From: Octopus bimaculoides
Lineage: Eukaryota
Length of the DNA stretch: 64,000 bases
NCBI RefSeq assembly: GCF_001194135.2
Contig: NC_068984.1
Location: 104,227,187-104,291,186 of the forward strand
Reading direction: 5' to 3'
Part shown: piece by piece, positions 63,470-64,000 of the stretch
How positions within the stretch are numbered: the first letter of the stretch is position 1
How the letters are laid out: every line of letters starts with the position of its first letter
Position numbers and translations under genes: made by a program
Notes under the pieces: model-generated
What the model was told of the DNA's origin: nothing
The model's database searches: none
The model's input: the letters and a program-made list of their open reading frames with translations, nothing else

Positions 63470-64000
63470 ATGAACATATATACATACATGTACATATATA
63501 TGCATATATATATATATATATTTATTTATTTATTCATATACATATATATTTATTTATATATATATATATTTATTTATAAATGTATATATATTTATTTGTA
63601 TAGATATATATTTATTTATATTTATTTATTTATACATTTTTATTTATTTATTTNNNNNNNNNNNNNNNNNNNNNNNNNNNNNNNNNNNNNNNNNNNNNNN
63701 NNNNNNNNNNNNNNNNNNNNNNNNNNNNNNNNNNNNNNNNNNNNNNNNNNNNNACTAGTCTAATCTTAAGTACTCTGTCACATACTCTAACTACCTCGAT
63801 TATATTTATTTATTTATATATGTATTTTCTTTATTTATTTATATATATGTTTATTTATGTATATATATATATTTATTTATTTATATATATTTATTTTTAT
63901 ATATATATATTTATTTATTTTTATGTATATATATTTATTTATATATATATTTATTTATTCATATATATTTATTTATTTATTTATTTATTTATATATATTT
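63470..64000. repeat. AT-only low-complexity simple repeat with a 100-N gap (63654-63753)
   Basis: (TATATATTTATT)-like units seen directly. Confidence 0.95.

Overview
AT-rich, repeat-dense animal genomic DNA with three N gaps. The (GAT)n-tailed RTE-type repeats and tRNA-derived SINEs look like those of an octopod cephalopod; this is inferred by recognition, not by a database search. The window holds one protein-coding gene on the + strand, TBC1D5 (Rab7 GAP and retromer-binding TBC protein). I reconstructed it by hand from 18 coding exons with GT-AG junctions and consistent phases (3903-58581, about 743 aa). The main finding is a tandemly duplicated and diverged exon inside the catalytic TBC domain (21730-21832 and 26068-26179). 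Both copies are phase 2-0 and end in the glutamine-finger codon, so they should be mutually exclusive. A good 21-nt in-frame microexon candidate lies at 34178-34198. Introns carry decayed Gypsy, Penelope-like, RTE, mariner, Tigger and hAT elements and many SINEs. Several hammerhead-ribozyme-like motifs occur: the best formed at 63140-63237 (-), and others at the ends of a tandem direct repeat at 38904-39686.
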